Positions 39,871-49,968 are shown, numbered from the stretch's first letter. The stretch is DNA of 64,000 nt from Promethearchaeota archaeon (GCA_016840165.1 JAEOSU010000032.1:64001-128000); one strand, 5' to 3'. Made by a program: numbers and translations. The notes: generated by a model from the letters alone, not told the origin.

Positions 39871-41955
39871 TTAAGGCTCCTCCTTGTTTTTATTCACTTT
39901 TGTAAAGATACCCATCGGAACTTCAATAAAAAGGGGACGTTTCGTACCTTCATTAATTTGATCAACAGAAACACCCTCCTCTCTAAATATACGATTTATT
40001 AAAGGTGTACACGTTTTTCCTCCACATGCCCCCATACCTACTTTAGTTAAAGCCTTGAGTTCATTAAAATCTCTAACTCCGTATCGTATCCATTTCCTAA
40101 TCTCTCCAACACTTACTCGTTCACAACGGCACACAATAATATCATCATCCGTTCTTTGAGATTGGTAAAGATCGATCGATTCGTCATAGGTTGCTTTATC
40201 GAGCTTAATAGCAGTCGCTATCTTTGCAATATTTTTTGGCAATTTTACCGAAATAAGTTGAGTTTTTGGGAACTCTTTTAAAATTCGAGAACGAGAAACA
40301 GGGAACTTGCCAAGATCACCATCTTCACTCAACACATACAAATTCTGCCCAACTTCTAACTTTTCATCACTTAATTCTAAGGGAAAGGTGACAGATGGAT
40401 TATCTTTGTCCTTTCGATAATCTACTAATGTGACTGCTAAACCCGGACAGACAGCTACACATTTTCCACAACCGATACATTCTTTATCCCCCATAAAATA
40501 AGGCAATTGGGTTATTTGATCGTCAATAGTCTTTATTTGTTCTTGAGGACATACTGTAGTGCAAGGATTGCATGGAATTTCTTGAGTACAATGAAAGATC
40601 GGCATTACTCCTTCTTCTTGTTTAGGTAGTTCGATCATCTTAGGTGAGGGAGGTTTAGCTTTCATTATCTCTGCTTTTCTCTCTAAATCGGTTAAATTGA
40701 AACCATGTGAATATCCCATCTCATTAAGCATTTTTATTGCCTCAATCTTTCCGGTATATATCGCAGCTGAGGCTTCTGCGATTTCTTGGGCGTCGCCTGC
40801 AACCCATACTTTAAATCCAAATTGTATTGCTTTGGAATAAAATTCATCTACGGGATTTAAACCCACGGCTATTAAAATAGTATCACAAGAAAATGTTTTT
40901 TCTGAACCTGAAATTAAATTTCCCTTATCATCTAACTGACTGATAGTAATAGATTCAACCTTATTCTTTCCATTTGCCGAAATAATTGTATGTTTTGTTA
41001 AGATAGGAACCCCTAAATTTCGCAGTTTATCCTCGTGGACTTTATATCCCCCACATTGGGGTAGTGCTTCAATTAAGCCTACAACGTGAATTCCTGCCTG
41101 AATAGCATGGTAACCGGCAATTAGTCCTACGTTACCTCCTCCTACGATGAAGATTTTTTTAGCACATCTAACAAAATCACGATTTACGAGGGTTTGAAAG
41201 GCGCCTGCACCATAAACTCCTGGTAAGGTATTTCCTGGAAATACCAACATTTTTTCCCGTGCTCCCGTTGCAACTAAAAGATACTCGGGCTTAATTAGCA
41301 TATATTCCATGTTTTCCTTTAAAACTCCTACAATTCCATCGCTAAAAACCGCTATTGCCGTTGATTTTAACCATACCTTCACAGAAGCCAAATTTCTTAC
41401 TTCTTCACCGAGTATTTGACCTATTTCTATTCCTCGTTTCCCCGCATAAACATCTTCTTGAGATCCGAAAAATTTATGGGTTTGAAGAACTAATTTTCCT
41501 CCTAAATGATTCTTATCATCAATTAAGAGAGTATCAATATTAAATTCCCCTAATATTTTTGCAGCAGATAATCCAGCTGGGCCCGCTCCAATAATTAAGA
41601 CCTTATGTTCAACTAATCGAGGATTTCCCGTTTGTGGATTATTATCAACGTCAGGTAACTCCGGTAAACCATTACAAGGCTCTATTTTCATTTCCTCTTC
41701 AAGGAAAGTCATACAGGCTTTAACTGGGATGCCATTTGCTATCACATTACATTGAGAACATTGTCCGTTAGCACAAAAAATTCCTTGATCTGCATTATCC
41801 TTAGGATGATGTCCAAAAATTTTTATGTTATTGAGAAATAAGGCAGATGATATAACCATTCCCTCAAAAGCAGTTAACTTCTCACCATTAAATGTGAATG
41901 AAATCTTCTTTCTTTTCGGTATCTCTAAAATTGGGTGCTGGCTTATAGTGTCCAT
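39871..41955 (-). CDS. Proline dehydrogenase/sarcosine oxidase alpha-like fusion: 2Fe-2S, FAD/NAD, 2x4Fe-4S, BFD-like domains
   Basis: CANGQCSQC..C, GAGPAGL, ATGARE..FPGNTLPG, CNPCTTVCP, CIGCGKCVAVCP, CRCE..GMGACGGKTC. Confidence 0.88.
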   Translation of the reverse strand: MDTISQHPILEIPKRKKISFTFNGEKLTAFEGMVISSALFLNNIKIFGHHPKDNADQGIFCANGQCSQCNVIANGIPVKACMTFLEEEMKIEPCNGLPELPDVDNNPQTGNPRLVEHKVLIIGAGPAGLSAAKILGEFNIDTLLIDDKNHLGGKLVLQTHKFFGSQEDVYAGKRGIEIGQILGEEVRNLASVKVWLKSTAIAVFSDGIVGVLKENMEYMLIKPEYLLVATGAREKMLVFPGNTLPGVYGAGAFQTLVNRDFVRCAKKIFIVGGGNVGLIAGYHAIQAGIHVVGLIEALPQCGGYKVHEDKLRNLGVPILTKHTIISANGKNKVESITISQLDDKGNLISGSEKTFSCDTILIAVGLNPVDEFYSKAIQFGFKVWVAGDAQEIAEASAAIYTGKIEAIKMLNEMGYSHGFNLTDLERKAEIMKAKPPSPKMIELPKQEEGVMPIFHCTQEIPCNPCTTVCPQEQIKTIDDQITQLPYFMGDKECIGCGKCVAVCPGLAVTLVDYRKDKDNPSVTFPLELSDEKLEVGQNLYVLSEDGDLGKFPVSRSRILKEFPKTQLISVKLPKNIAKIATAIKLDKATYDESIDLYQSQRTDDDIIVCRCERVSVGEIRKWIRYGVRDFNELKALTKVGMGACGGKTCTPLINRIFREEGVSVDQINEGTKRPLFIEVPMGIFTKVNKNKEEP

Positions 41956-41985
41956 TTACAATCGTTTTATTTTCTTATTTGAAAA

Positions 41986-44166
41986 TTATTGATATGGAGC
42001 GATTATATCAATCATATCATCATAACCCAAATCTAATTCCTTTAATTTTTGAATAGTTGGACAACCATTTTTATTCCAACCTCTCTCAAAATACACTGCA
42101 TCCTGTAATTTTGTATATTGTTTTTCCCGATGTTTTCTTAAAATTTTGATCTTTTCTTCTACGTTTTTATTTGAAATATCAAATCCAAGTTCTTTTAATT
42201 GGCTATCATATCTTTCAATCCGACTATTATATTCTAAAGGGGTCACTGGTCCCATTGCTCGATAGGGAAAGTTGGAATCGTGTTCTCTTAACCCCTTCCC
42301 TTGTCGGATGTTAAAAATCCTTTGAAGGTTATATACCCGTTCAGACATTTTAATTAAATCATCGGGTGCGGATTGACGACCAGTTACCGCCGAAAAATAT
42401 TTTGCGTACCACTTAACGTGATCGGGTACTTTCGCTCGGACTAACTCACCAGTTTCGGGATCTTTTATTGGATAATCTGCTTGGCTTTCAGGTTGAATGT
42501 CATTCCAAGGTAATTTACAAAGTCCACATAAACTAAACCATGTTCGCCAATACGGAAACCACCGCAATGCTCTTGCCTTATCCTCAAATGTAGGTATCGA
42601 TTGACGGATAACATCCTCAAAAATAAGCCAAGCTTCGTCATGTTGGGGCCCTTTATTTGTAAATCCATAACCACCTTGTTGAGAAAGAGATTCTTTGGTA
42701 ACATACTCGGAAAACTCTAATCCTTTATGTTCCATTCCAATGTCTTGCAGAAATTGAGGATCAGCATTGTATTTCTCTACGAATAGTTTTTTCATTTCTC
42801 TTATTCCTTGACCTGCAATAGCTCCAAAATTCTCGTCTCTCGCCATCTGGTGGATTAATTCTACGGCATCTCGTGCATTTCCGAAATTTAAATCCAAACC
42901 TCCTGTGATATCTTTATTTAAAATTCCCGCTTCAAAACATTCCATGACAAACGCGATCCCCGTCCCTACGGATATGGTATCAAGACCGTAAGTATCACAA
43001 TAAAAATTGACCTCTAATACCCATTTAGGATCCCACACTCCCCAATTAGAGCCTACTCCAGCAATTGTCTCATATTCTGGACCATCAACAATAATTGATT
43101 GCCCTTTAAATGGTCCTGTCATTACTTCATACCCTTCTGAATAATGAGAACAACTAACCGTACAGCCTATCCAACAACCATCTGCTCCTTCCTTCCCAGA
43201 ATATATCTCTTTCCATACATCACGTGCATAAGGTATATCTTTACCGGGAATCTCTTTATGTGCTCCATATCGAAAATTTTCAGTTGGAAGCAGATCTGCT
43301 GCATTCATGATATCTGGCAAATGTCCTGTGCCAACCCTTCTCATTTCGTTCTGTTTGGGATCCAACCTAATTACTTCTTGCGTATGGATTATACCTACTT
43401 TTCGAGCCTCTTCTAAATCTGCTGGATTATTTGAACCAATTGTTGCTTTTGGAGAATGGCACACCAAAGCTTTAATATTTTTATCTGCAAATACAGTACC
43501 AATACCTCCGCGTCCTGCTTGTTTACAAGATGCCCAATCTCTTCCCTTTACAAACCAAGAGAAGTTTAATATCCCCCATTTTGTATGTTTCGCAGCTGGA
43601 CCAGTGCTCACCACTGAAACCCGTTGCTTTTCATTTGGATCCTCAGCATATTTATCAGTTAACTGCTGTGTGAGTTCATGGGAATATTGAGAATAATTAT
43701 CGTCCTGCTCCACGGACTCAATCTGAACTACATGGTTGAGGCCATCTATAAAAATGATAACTTCTTCTTCAGATTTCCCTTGGATCTCTAAGGCATCAAA
43801 TCCCGAAAATTTCAGATAGGGACCAAAATATCCTCCTACATTAGAATCAATAATAATCCCTGTTAAAGGAGAAATAGTGGTCACAATTGACTTTCCAGAA
43901 CCAGGATAGAAAATACTACCACCTAATGGTCCAGAAGAAATACAGATTTCATTCTCAGGATCATCCCATTTAACTATTCTATCCTTGGGTAAATTATTCC
44001 ACATTAACCATAAGTCAAACCCTTTGCCACCGATGAATTTATCTTTCATTTTATCCGATACGGTTTTTATTTGGATGTCTTTCGTGGTTAAGTTAATATA
44101 TAAGGTTTGATTAGTATATCCTTTTTGAACTTCATCAAATTGATATTCTTTTCTCGCTAAAATCAT
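41986..44166 (-). CDS. W/Mo aldehyde:ferredoxin oxidoreductase family protein
   Basis: SPLTG..DSNVGG, QAGRGGIG, CWIGCTVSC, DGPEYET, GLDTIS, GLCKLPW. Confidence 0.9.
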   Translation of the reverse strand: MILARKEYQFDEVQKGYTNQTLYINLTTKDIQIKTVSDKMKDKFIGGKGFDLWLMWNNLPKDRIVKWDDPENEICISSGPLGGSIFYPGSGKSIVTTISPLTGIIIDSNVGGYFGPYLKFSGFDALEIQGKSEEEVIIFIDGLNHVVQIESVEQDDNYSQYSHELTQQLTDKYAEDPNEKQRVSVVSTGPAAKHTKWGILNFSWFVKGRDWASCKQAGRGGIGTVFADKNIKALVCHSPKATIGSNNPADLEEARKVGIIHTQEVIRLDPKQNEMRRVGTGHLPDIMNAADLLPTENFRYGAHKEIPGKDIPYARDVWKEIYSGKEGADGCWIGCTVSCSHYSEGYEVMTGPFKGQSIIVDGPEYETIAGVGSNWGVWDPKWVLEVNFYCDTYGLDTISVGTGIAFVMECFEAGILNKDITGGLDLNFGNARDAVELIHQMARDENFGAIAGQGIREMKKLFVEKYNADPQFLQDIGMEHKGLEFSEYVTKESLSQQGGYGFTNKGPQHDEAWLIFEDVIRQSIPTFEDKARALRWFPYWRTWFSLCGLCKLPWNDIQPESQADYPIKDPETGELVRAKVPDHVKWYAKYFSAVTGRQSAPDDLIKMSERVYNLQRIFNIRQGKGLREHDSNFPYRAMGPVTPLEYNSRIERYDSQLKELGFDISNKNVEEKIKILRKHREKQYTKLQDAVYFERGWNKNGCPTIQKLKELDLGYDDMIDIIAPYQ

Positions 44167-44249
44167 GAAAACACACCATTGGTGAGGTATCTTATCCTCA
44201 CGTTTAATAAAAGGGTTAATAGTATTGAAACCCTCATAAATATAAAAAA

Positions 44250-45593
44250 TTACTTATTAAGGAATTTTTGAATAAAATCATCTAATACCTTTTCAATAGT
44301 CGGTTCTTTTACCGGCTCAATATCATAAGATACTTTAACAATTGGTTTATTCACATTTACTAACTTTTTCAAATCGATAGGACTTCCATTTAAAATTATA
44401 TCCGCTTTTACCTTGTTAAGGGTTTTTTCTAAATCTTCGATCTGCTGATCAGTGTAACCCATTGCTGGCACGATTTCGGTAATTTGAGGAAATTCCTCAT
44501 AAACATCTTTCATAGAACCTGCTAAATATGGTCGCGGATCTACAATTTTAGCTCCGGCATTCTTTGCAGCTACATAAGCGGCGCCTATTGCCATCCCTCC
44601 GTGTGTGAGCGTTGGACCATCCTCCACCACGACCACCTTCTTTCCTTTCAGCTTGAGTGGGTCTTCAGCTTTCACCACGGAATTTGTATATATGCGAATT
44701 GCATCCGGATTCAACTCTTGGAGATTCTTTTCGACAATCGCAACATCTTCTGGTTTCGCACTATTCATTTTATTGATAACAAAGGCATCTGCATATCGTG
44801 TATTGACCTCTCCGGGATGATATTTATTTTCGTGTCCTGGTCTTAAGGGATCAACGACAATAAACAAAAGATCGGTAATATAGAATGAAATTTCATTATT
44901 TCCTCCATCAAATATTATGACATCCGCTTCTTTTTCTGCTTCTCTGACAATCTTCTCATAATCTACCCCTGAATAAATAACAAGTCCTTGTCGGATATAA
45001 GGCTCATACTCCTCACGCTCCTCTATAGTACAATCATATTTATCTAAATCCTCATATTTCTCAAATCGCATAACGTTTTGCTGAACTAAATCTCCATAGG
45101 GCATAGGTTCTCTTATAGCAACTACTTTATATCCCTTCGATTTTAGATATCTGTATACTGCTCTTGATACCTGACTTTTGCCGCATCCTGTCCGTACCGC
45201 ACATACTGCAATAACTGGTTTATTTGCTTTTAGTTGCGTAAATCGACCGGAAATGAGACGATAATCAGCACCTGCACTCAACGCACGAGATGCTTTATGC
45301 ATAACCTCCTCATGTGAAACATCAGAATAAGCAAAAACAACTTGGTCAACATTATGTAATTTTATTGCTTGTTCTAATGCTTCCTCTGGTATCATGGGAA
45401 TTCCTTTTGGGTATAATTTTCCAGCTAATTCAGCAGGAAATTTTCTTTCAACGTCCTCTGTGGTACCAACGTTCTGTTCACCTGCGATTGTGAAGGCGAC
45501 AACCTCGTATTCTTCATTATCTTTAAAGACTGTGTTAAAAACATGGAAATCCATCCCTAAAGCTCCTATAATTATAACCTTTTTCTTCATCAT
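44250..45593 (-). CDS. arcE: COG2403 P-loop enzyme (cDPG-synthetase-like), probable arginine synthetase
   Basis: DFHVFN, FAYSDVSH, AVRTGCGKSQ, PMPYGDL, CTIEEREEYE, DGGNN, VEDGPTLTHGGM, PAMGY; same strand and region as OTC and carbamate kinase. Confidence 0.75.
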   Translation of the reverse strand: MMKKKVIIIGALGMDFHVFNTVFKDNEEYEVVAFTIAGEQNVGTTEDVERKFPAELAGKLYPKGIPMIPEEALEQAIKLHNVDQVVFAYSDVSHEEVMHKASRALSAGADYRLISGRFTQLKANKPVIAVCAVRTGCGKSQVSRAVYRYLKSKGYKVVAIREPMPYGDLVQQNVMRFEKYEDLDKYDCTIEEREEYEPYIRQGLVIYSGVDYEKIVREAEKEADVIIFDGGNNEISFYITDLLFIVVDPLRPGHENKYHPGEVNTRYADAFVINKMNSAKPEDVAIVEKNLQELNPDAIRIYTNSVVKAEDPLKLKGKKVVVVEDGPTLTHGGMAIGAAYVAAKNAGAKIVDPRPYLAGSMKDVYEEFPQITEIVPAMGYTDQQIEDLEKTLNKVKADIILNGSPIDLKKLVNVNKPIVKVSYDIEPVKEPTIEKVLDDFIQKFLNK

Positions 45594-45896
45594 ATAAAAC
45601 CTTTAAAATACTAACTGTAATCGATCAAAATATTTAATTTGGGAATTGTTATTAAGCTTATTGATTCGAATTTGGGGAATTATAACCCATCTTAGAATTT
45701 TCTAATAATAATTACCTCAATGTGATTTGAGTCAATCAACCCAAGCCTACACATGTCTTTGGTAAATTAATTGCGGTATTAAAATCGCACTTAAAATAAA
45801 AAGTAATTTAAACGACAATATATTCGCAAAATATAGGGAGGTAAAAATCACTAGAATCATTTTTAGTGATAAATATATATATTAAGAGGAAATATT

Positions 45897-46418
45897 ATGA
45901 AAGAAGTACCTGATTATGAAAAGTATCCGATTAGCGAGGAAGAAATGGGAAAGCGCTATAAGAATTGGACAAAAGCCTTAGCTCAGATGGCAGTGTTGCT
46001 TTATACAGTAGGTAAGGAAGTCGGAGGCGAAAAATTCGTCGAAAGACTTAAGGAAGAAAATCGAGAAAGAGGTAAGAGAGATGCGGCAACAATAATGAAA
46101 ATAGTGGGTTGTAAACCAGAAGATTTCAAGGATTGCATGAAGATTCCCAAGATGGTTGATTTCATAGATGATAGATATGCGAATTTCTGGGATGGGTATA
46201 TTGAAAACACGCCTAAAGCTTTTGAAAAAGCACTCTTTACTTGTCCGGTTACCGAACCATGGTCGATGGAACCTGATCTTTGTGAAGTATTAATTGGTGA
46301 GTCTCTTAAAAGCTTTGCCAAAGCATTAAACCCGAAGTTTAAAACTGAAGGATTTACAAAATTACTCACTAAGGGTGATAAGTGCTGCCGATACAGAATT
46401 GAATTGCAGGAGGACTAA
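45897..46418 (+). CDS. ATC-hydrolase/V4R-like protein
   Basis: TCP....W....LC...NP.....TK.L..GD.CC.Y pattern. Confidence 0.7.
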   Translation: MKEVPDYEKYPISEEEMGKRYKNWTKALAQMAVLLYTVGKEVGGEKFVERLKEENRERGKRDAATIMKIVGCKPEDFKDCMKIPKMVDFIDDRYANFWDGYIENTPKAFEKALFTCPVTEPWSMEPDLCEVLIGESLKSFAKALNPKFKTEGFTKLLTKGDKCCRYRIELQED

Positions 46419-46463
46419 ATTTTTAACTAAATTAGTAAAAAAAGAGAATGATCTGGAAGAAGA

Positions 46464-48863
46464 TCATTCATTTAAAATTTTATTAAGTGTTTCTATCGCA
46501 TTTTCTTTAATCGATTTTGAGGTCATTTTCTTTATGGTTTTTGCCATCATTTTATAGGCTCCCGAGACTTCAATCTCTATTTCAACGATAAGACCAATAC
46601 CTGACTCAATCTCTTCAAAACTTAGAGTATAAAAAGTTGTACCGGCAGAAGGAACGACTTCAAATTTCGTGGAATGTTCGGTTCTTGGGCCAATCTCATT
46701 AGTTGATATCTCTACTCCCCGAACCACTGTAGTATGTTTTCCAATTGCATCAAAGAACATATCTACTACCTCTTGAAAATTGACCGGTATTTCTTTTATT
46801 TCAAAGATTAATTCTTTTTCTCCGGCTTCTTCCTTTTTCCTTTCTTTTCCTGTCACTACTACCCTCACACGATCAATATTCTGGACCCGTGCATGAGGAA
46901 TATTTGGATTGCCTTCTCTATGCGAGCTTACACGAATCGTTGGGAAGTAGGTACCAGGTTCCGAAAAAGTATAAGTAGTTTTTACTTCTACATCAGTACT
47001 CTTAGTGTCTTTGAGGTTCTCATGTATTGGATAGTCCCCAGTACCTTCGAAGTCCCATTCTGCATCAACTATTGAACCTGCATCTGGTGGTGTTTCAATC
47101 ACTGCAGAAAACTTAAATTTTTTTCCGACCTTGGCTTCTGCCCGCTTACCTCCATTTACTTTAAGATTAACCACTGGTTGGATCCCCTTACGTTCCGAAG
47201 CAGTCGAAGGCACTTCTACTTGGGCATCCACTACTTTATATTCAGTACTTGCTGGAGGTGCCACGCCTTTTTCGACCCATGCGCTCAAATCGCGTAGGGC
47301 TTGTTGCAAAACACCACCGTAATTGATCACTCGTGTAGTTATTACTGGAGGAGTATCAAACTGCGTAACCACAGGTGGTACATGCATTGCATGATCAATG
47401 TACCAGAGCCGGTAGGTATCGTCAAACTTATCTCCTAGTGTCTTTTTTATTCTCGAGCGATACCATTCGGCACCCCATGGATAGGCGATTTCATCCATCA
47501 GCATATTTACTACAATCATCTTACCATCAAATTGACCGCTTAAGCGTGCAACAGTACTTTTCGAATAACGAGTACATAATAACTCGTCGCGTTGTGGGTA
47601 TATTGGTTTACCATCATGATCTCGAAATTGTTCATAACCATAATAATCAGGTGAGGGAATTTGGTGACGATGGTAAGTTTGAGCAGCAAGGTACACAGAG
47701 TTGTCTATCTCTACTTTATCACCTGCTTTAACTTTTGCCAATTCTTTAAAATGTTCCTCTCCGAAAGCAATCATGATGAATTTTTCAAACGCTCCAGCAA
47801 TATAGACTACACAGCCCTCAGCCTCACCACTCTTCAAGATTAATGAAGCTCCTTGAAAATCTTTATCCGGTAAATCCTCCATCACAAACCCTGCTGGTAC
47901 TTTTATCTCACTCTTACTCCCCGCAGATAAAGTTAGACTAAATCCCATTTCCTTCAAATCTTCGGGGAAGATTAATTTGTTGATCTTTGTTTCGTGCTGA
48001 ACTCTGGCATTTAGGAGGGACTCGGGTGCCTTTGCACCAAGATATCCCGGTTTATTCCAAAAATCCTCAAAGTAGGTAGGATCCCATTTGACCATTTGAT
48101 CAAAAAACATGGTTAAAACTCCCGTATACCCAAATGCGATCCTTCTGTAATTAAACCAAGCACGTGGTGGAAATCCCATTTTAGTCACTTCAGTGAGCGC
48201 TTCTTGTTCTTCGGCATTTAAGCCAGCATAAATATCACCACTACCACCTGGTTCCATTGCATCGATAATACCAGACATTTTATCTTTTAATATACGCATC
48301 GCATGAGCTTGCACCGTAAAATTATTGGGTATAGCTATCGGTGTTGCGTGAATAAAAGGCACAGCACCATCCCAAACACCTTTCGTGTTTTCCACACAAG
48401 CAATCGTTTTAAACGCCCCACCACTTCCACCATAAACATAACCAAAAGGGCGATGGGGGCCATACATTTCAGAAGCTAAAACACGCGAATACTTCGCTAC
48501 TGCCGCACTAGCCCGATAAGCGGTGATGGTCGGATCATCCCCTACAAACATGTTTAGTCTCCCTAAATTTGATTCTACAAGATATGCGCCACTCTCGATA
48601 GCGAATCCTAATGAATAGCTGGGATCAGGATACTCTGGGTTCTGAACAGCATTCTCGTTTCCCGATATCGCCATAAGATATTGGAAAAACCGACCGTCAT
48701 ATTGTTCCGTTGGGGGGAAGTAGATTGAGAATCGAGTATCGGTACCCTTAAAACCACCATGGATATATCGATGACGTACTGGATTGTCACGCCACTCATC
48801 AATATCTATGTACGGCTCAGTGAAAAGAGGATCATCTAAATCAATAGGTTTATTTGATTCTAT
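46464..48863 (-). CDS. Large alpha/beta-hydrolase-like protein with PKD-like and C-terminal SRPBCC-like domains; start extended to ATA 48863
   Basis: GGSGG nucleophile-type motif, EWDFEGTG..TYTFSEPGTYFPTIRV PKD; frame open 63 codons upstream of ATG 48674 (..DPLFTEPYIDIDEWRDNPVRHRYIHGGFKGTDTRFS..). Confidence 0.75.
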   Translation of the reverse strand: MESNKPIDLDDPLFTEPYIDIDEWRDNPVRHRYIHGGFKGTDTRFSIYFPPTEQYDGRFFQYLMAISGNENAVQNPEYPDPSYSLGFAIESGAYLVESNLGRLNMFVGDDPTITAYRASAAVAKYSRVLASEMYGPHRPFGYVYGGSGGAFKTIACVENTKGVWDGAVPFIHATPIAIPNNFTVQAHAMRILKDKMSGIIDAMEPGGSGDIYAGLNAEEQEALTEVTKMGFPPRAWFNYRRIAFGYTGVLTMFFDQMVKWDPTYFEDFWNKPGYLGAKAPESLLNARVQHETKINKLIFPEDLKEMGFSLTLSAGSKSEIKVPAGFVMEDLPDKDFQGASLILKSGEAEGCVVYIAGAFEKFIMIAFGEEHFKELAKVKAGDKVEIDNSVYLAAQTYHRHQIPSPDYYGYEQFRDHDGKPIYPQRDELLCTRYSKSTVARLSGQFDGKMIVVNMLMDEIAYPWGAEWYRSRIKKTLGDKFDDTYRLWYIDHAMHVPPVVTQFDTPPVITTRVINYGGVLQQALRDLSAWVEKGVAPPASTEYKVVDAQVEVPSTASERKGIQPVVNLKVNGGKRAEAKVGKKFKFSAVIETPPDAGSIVDAEWDFEGTGDYPIHENLKDTKSTDVEVKTTYTFSEPGTYFPTIRVSSHREGNPNIPHARVQNIDRVRVVVTGKERKKEEAGEKELIFEIKEIPVNFQEVVDMFFDAIGKHTTVVRGVEISTNEIGPRTEHSTKFEVVPSAGTTFYTLSFEEIESGIGLIVEIEIEVSGAYKMMAKTIKKMTSKSIKENAIETLNKILNE

Positions 48864-48955
48864 TTTAATTCACCTTCTTAAATATTTATTTTAAAATTTT
48901 TAATTCATTTTTATCTCAACTTTAGTAATTTGGTTTTTTATAAGTCTAAATCTAG

Positions 48956-49765
48956 TTAATTCTTGTTTACATAATCCAAAAAAGCTTTTACTATAAAGTG
49001 AAATCTGGGATCACTGACAACACTAATATGGTCTTTTCCTTCGATTTGGATATGACAAGAACCTGGTACTAATTGAGCTAAAACGGATTTATCTTTTGCT
49101 AAGCGATCCTTAGATCCAAAAACAGTCAGAACTGGCACATTGATATTTTTAAGAGCTTCTTTCCTTTTGGAATCAGTTGGGATTATACCGTCGGGACGTT
49201 GAATATCCCCCTCTAAAACATATATTAATGCTTCAAGATCTTGGGAGTTAGAATCTGTATAAGTTGATATTACTTTTCGGAATCTTAATGCACTTTTATT
49301 TTTTACATCATTAATATCTGCTTTTTTTAAACCCTTTATCCATTTTTTCATCATTATTTTACCAATAAATTTTGTTCTTTTTTTGGAATAATGGAGTGGG
49401 AATCCTCCAATAATCGCACTAATAAAAAGTTCTTGATTTTCAATTAAAATATCTGTGGTAATTCTTGCCCCCATAGAATATCCAAAAAAATTAGCCTTCT
49501 TGATAGATAAATGATCAAGTAATTTAACAATATCATCATTTATCTTTTCTCCATACTGATCAGCATCTTTAGGCTTATCACTTTTTCCATGTCCACGACA
49601 ATCCACAAGTATTAATTGATAATCTTCCTTTAGAACATCTACCCAATTGCTATCTTTCCAATTACCTTGGATGTTTGCGGCAAATCCATGAATCATTATC
49701 ACAGGTGGCCCTTCCCCTTCAATTTCATAATATATTTTAATTCCTTCATTATCAAAATATGGCAT
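48956..49765 (-). CDS. Alpha/beta fold hydrolase
   Basis: MIHGF, DCRGHGKS, GYSMG, GSKD, DH. Confidence 0.92.
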   Translation of the reverse strand: MPYFDNEGIKIYYEIEGEGPPVIMIHGFAANIQGNWKDSNWVDVLKEDYQLILVDCRGHGKSDKPKDADQYGEKINDDIVKLLDHLSIKKANFFGYSMGARITTDILIENQELFISAIIGGFPLHYSKKRTKFIGKIMMKKWIKGLKKADINDVKNKSALRFRKVISTYTDSNSQDLEALIYVLEGDIQRPDGIIPTDSKRKEALKNINVPVLTVFGSKDRLAKDKSVLAQLVPGSCHIQIEGKDHISVVSDPRFHFIVKAFLDYVNKN

Positions 49766-49923
49766 TTTTAATGACTCTTTTAAATTATGTAAAATTTTTT
49801 TCTATACTATTTCATGATTAAATTAACCAAGATTTTAGTTTTCAATCACATCTTTAATTAGCTAATTGTAAAAAACCATAAAGTTAAAAAAAAAATTATT
49901 TTTTTTTATTTAATAAACTTAAG

Positions 49924-49937
49924 CTTGAATATTCAAG
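49924..49937. promoter_or_regulatory. Candidate operator, 14-bp perfect palindrome
   Basis: CTTGAATATTCAAG in divergent intergenic region, 31 nt before the HTH-10 gene. Confidence 0.45.
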
Positions 49938-49968
49938 TTTTTAAAATTACTTAATACTTCACTATCAA

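Noticed and set aside
45636-45870. AATTTGGG(G)AATT direct repeat and ATCACTA-N10-TAGTGAT inverted repeat
   Set aside because: Short, AT-rich and only two copies; not enough support to call
48608-48802. 64-aa minus-strand ORF
   Set aside because: Out-of-frame overlap with the N-terminal extension of the large hydrolase-like gene
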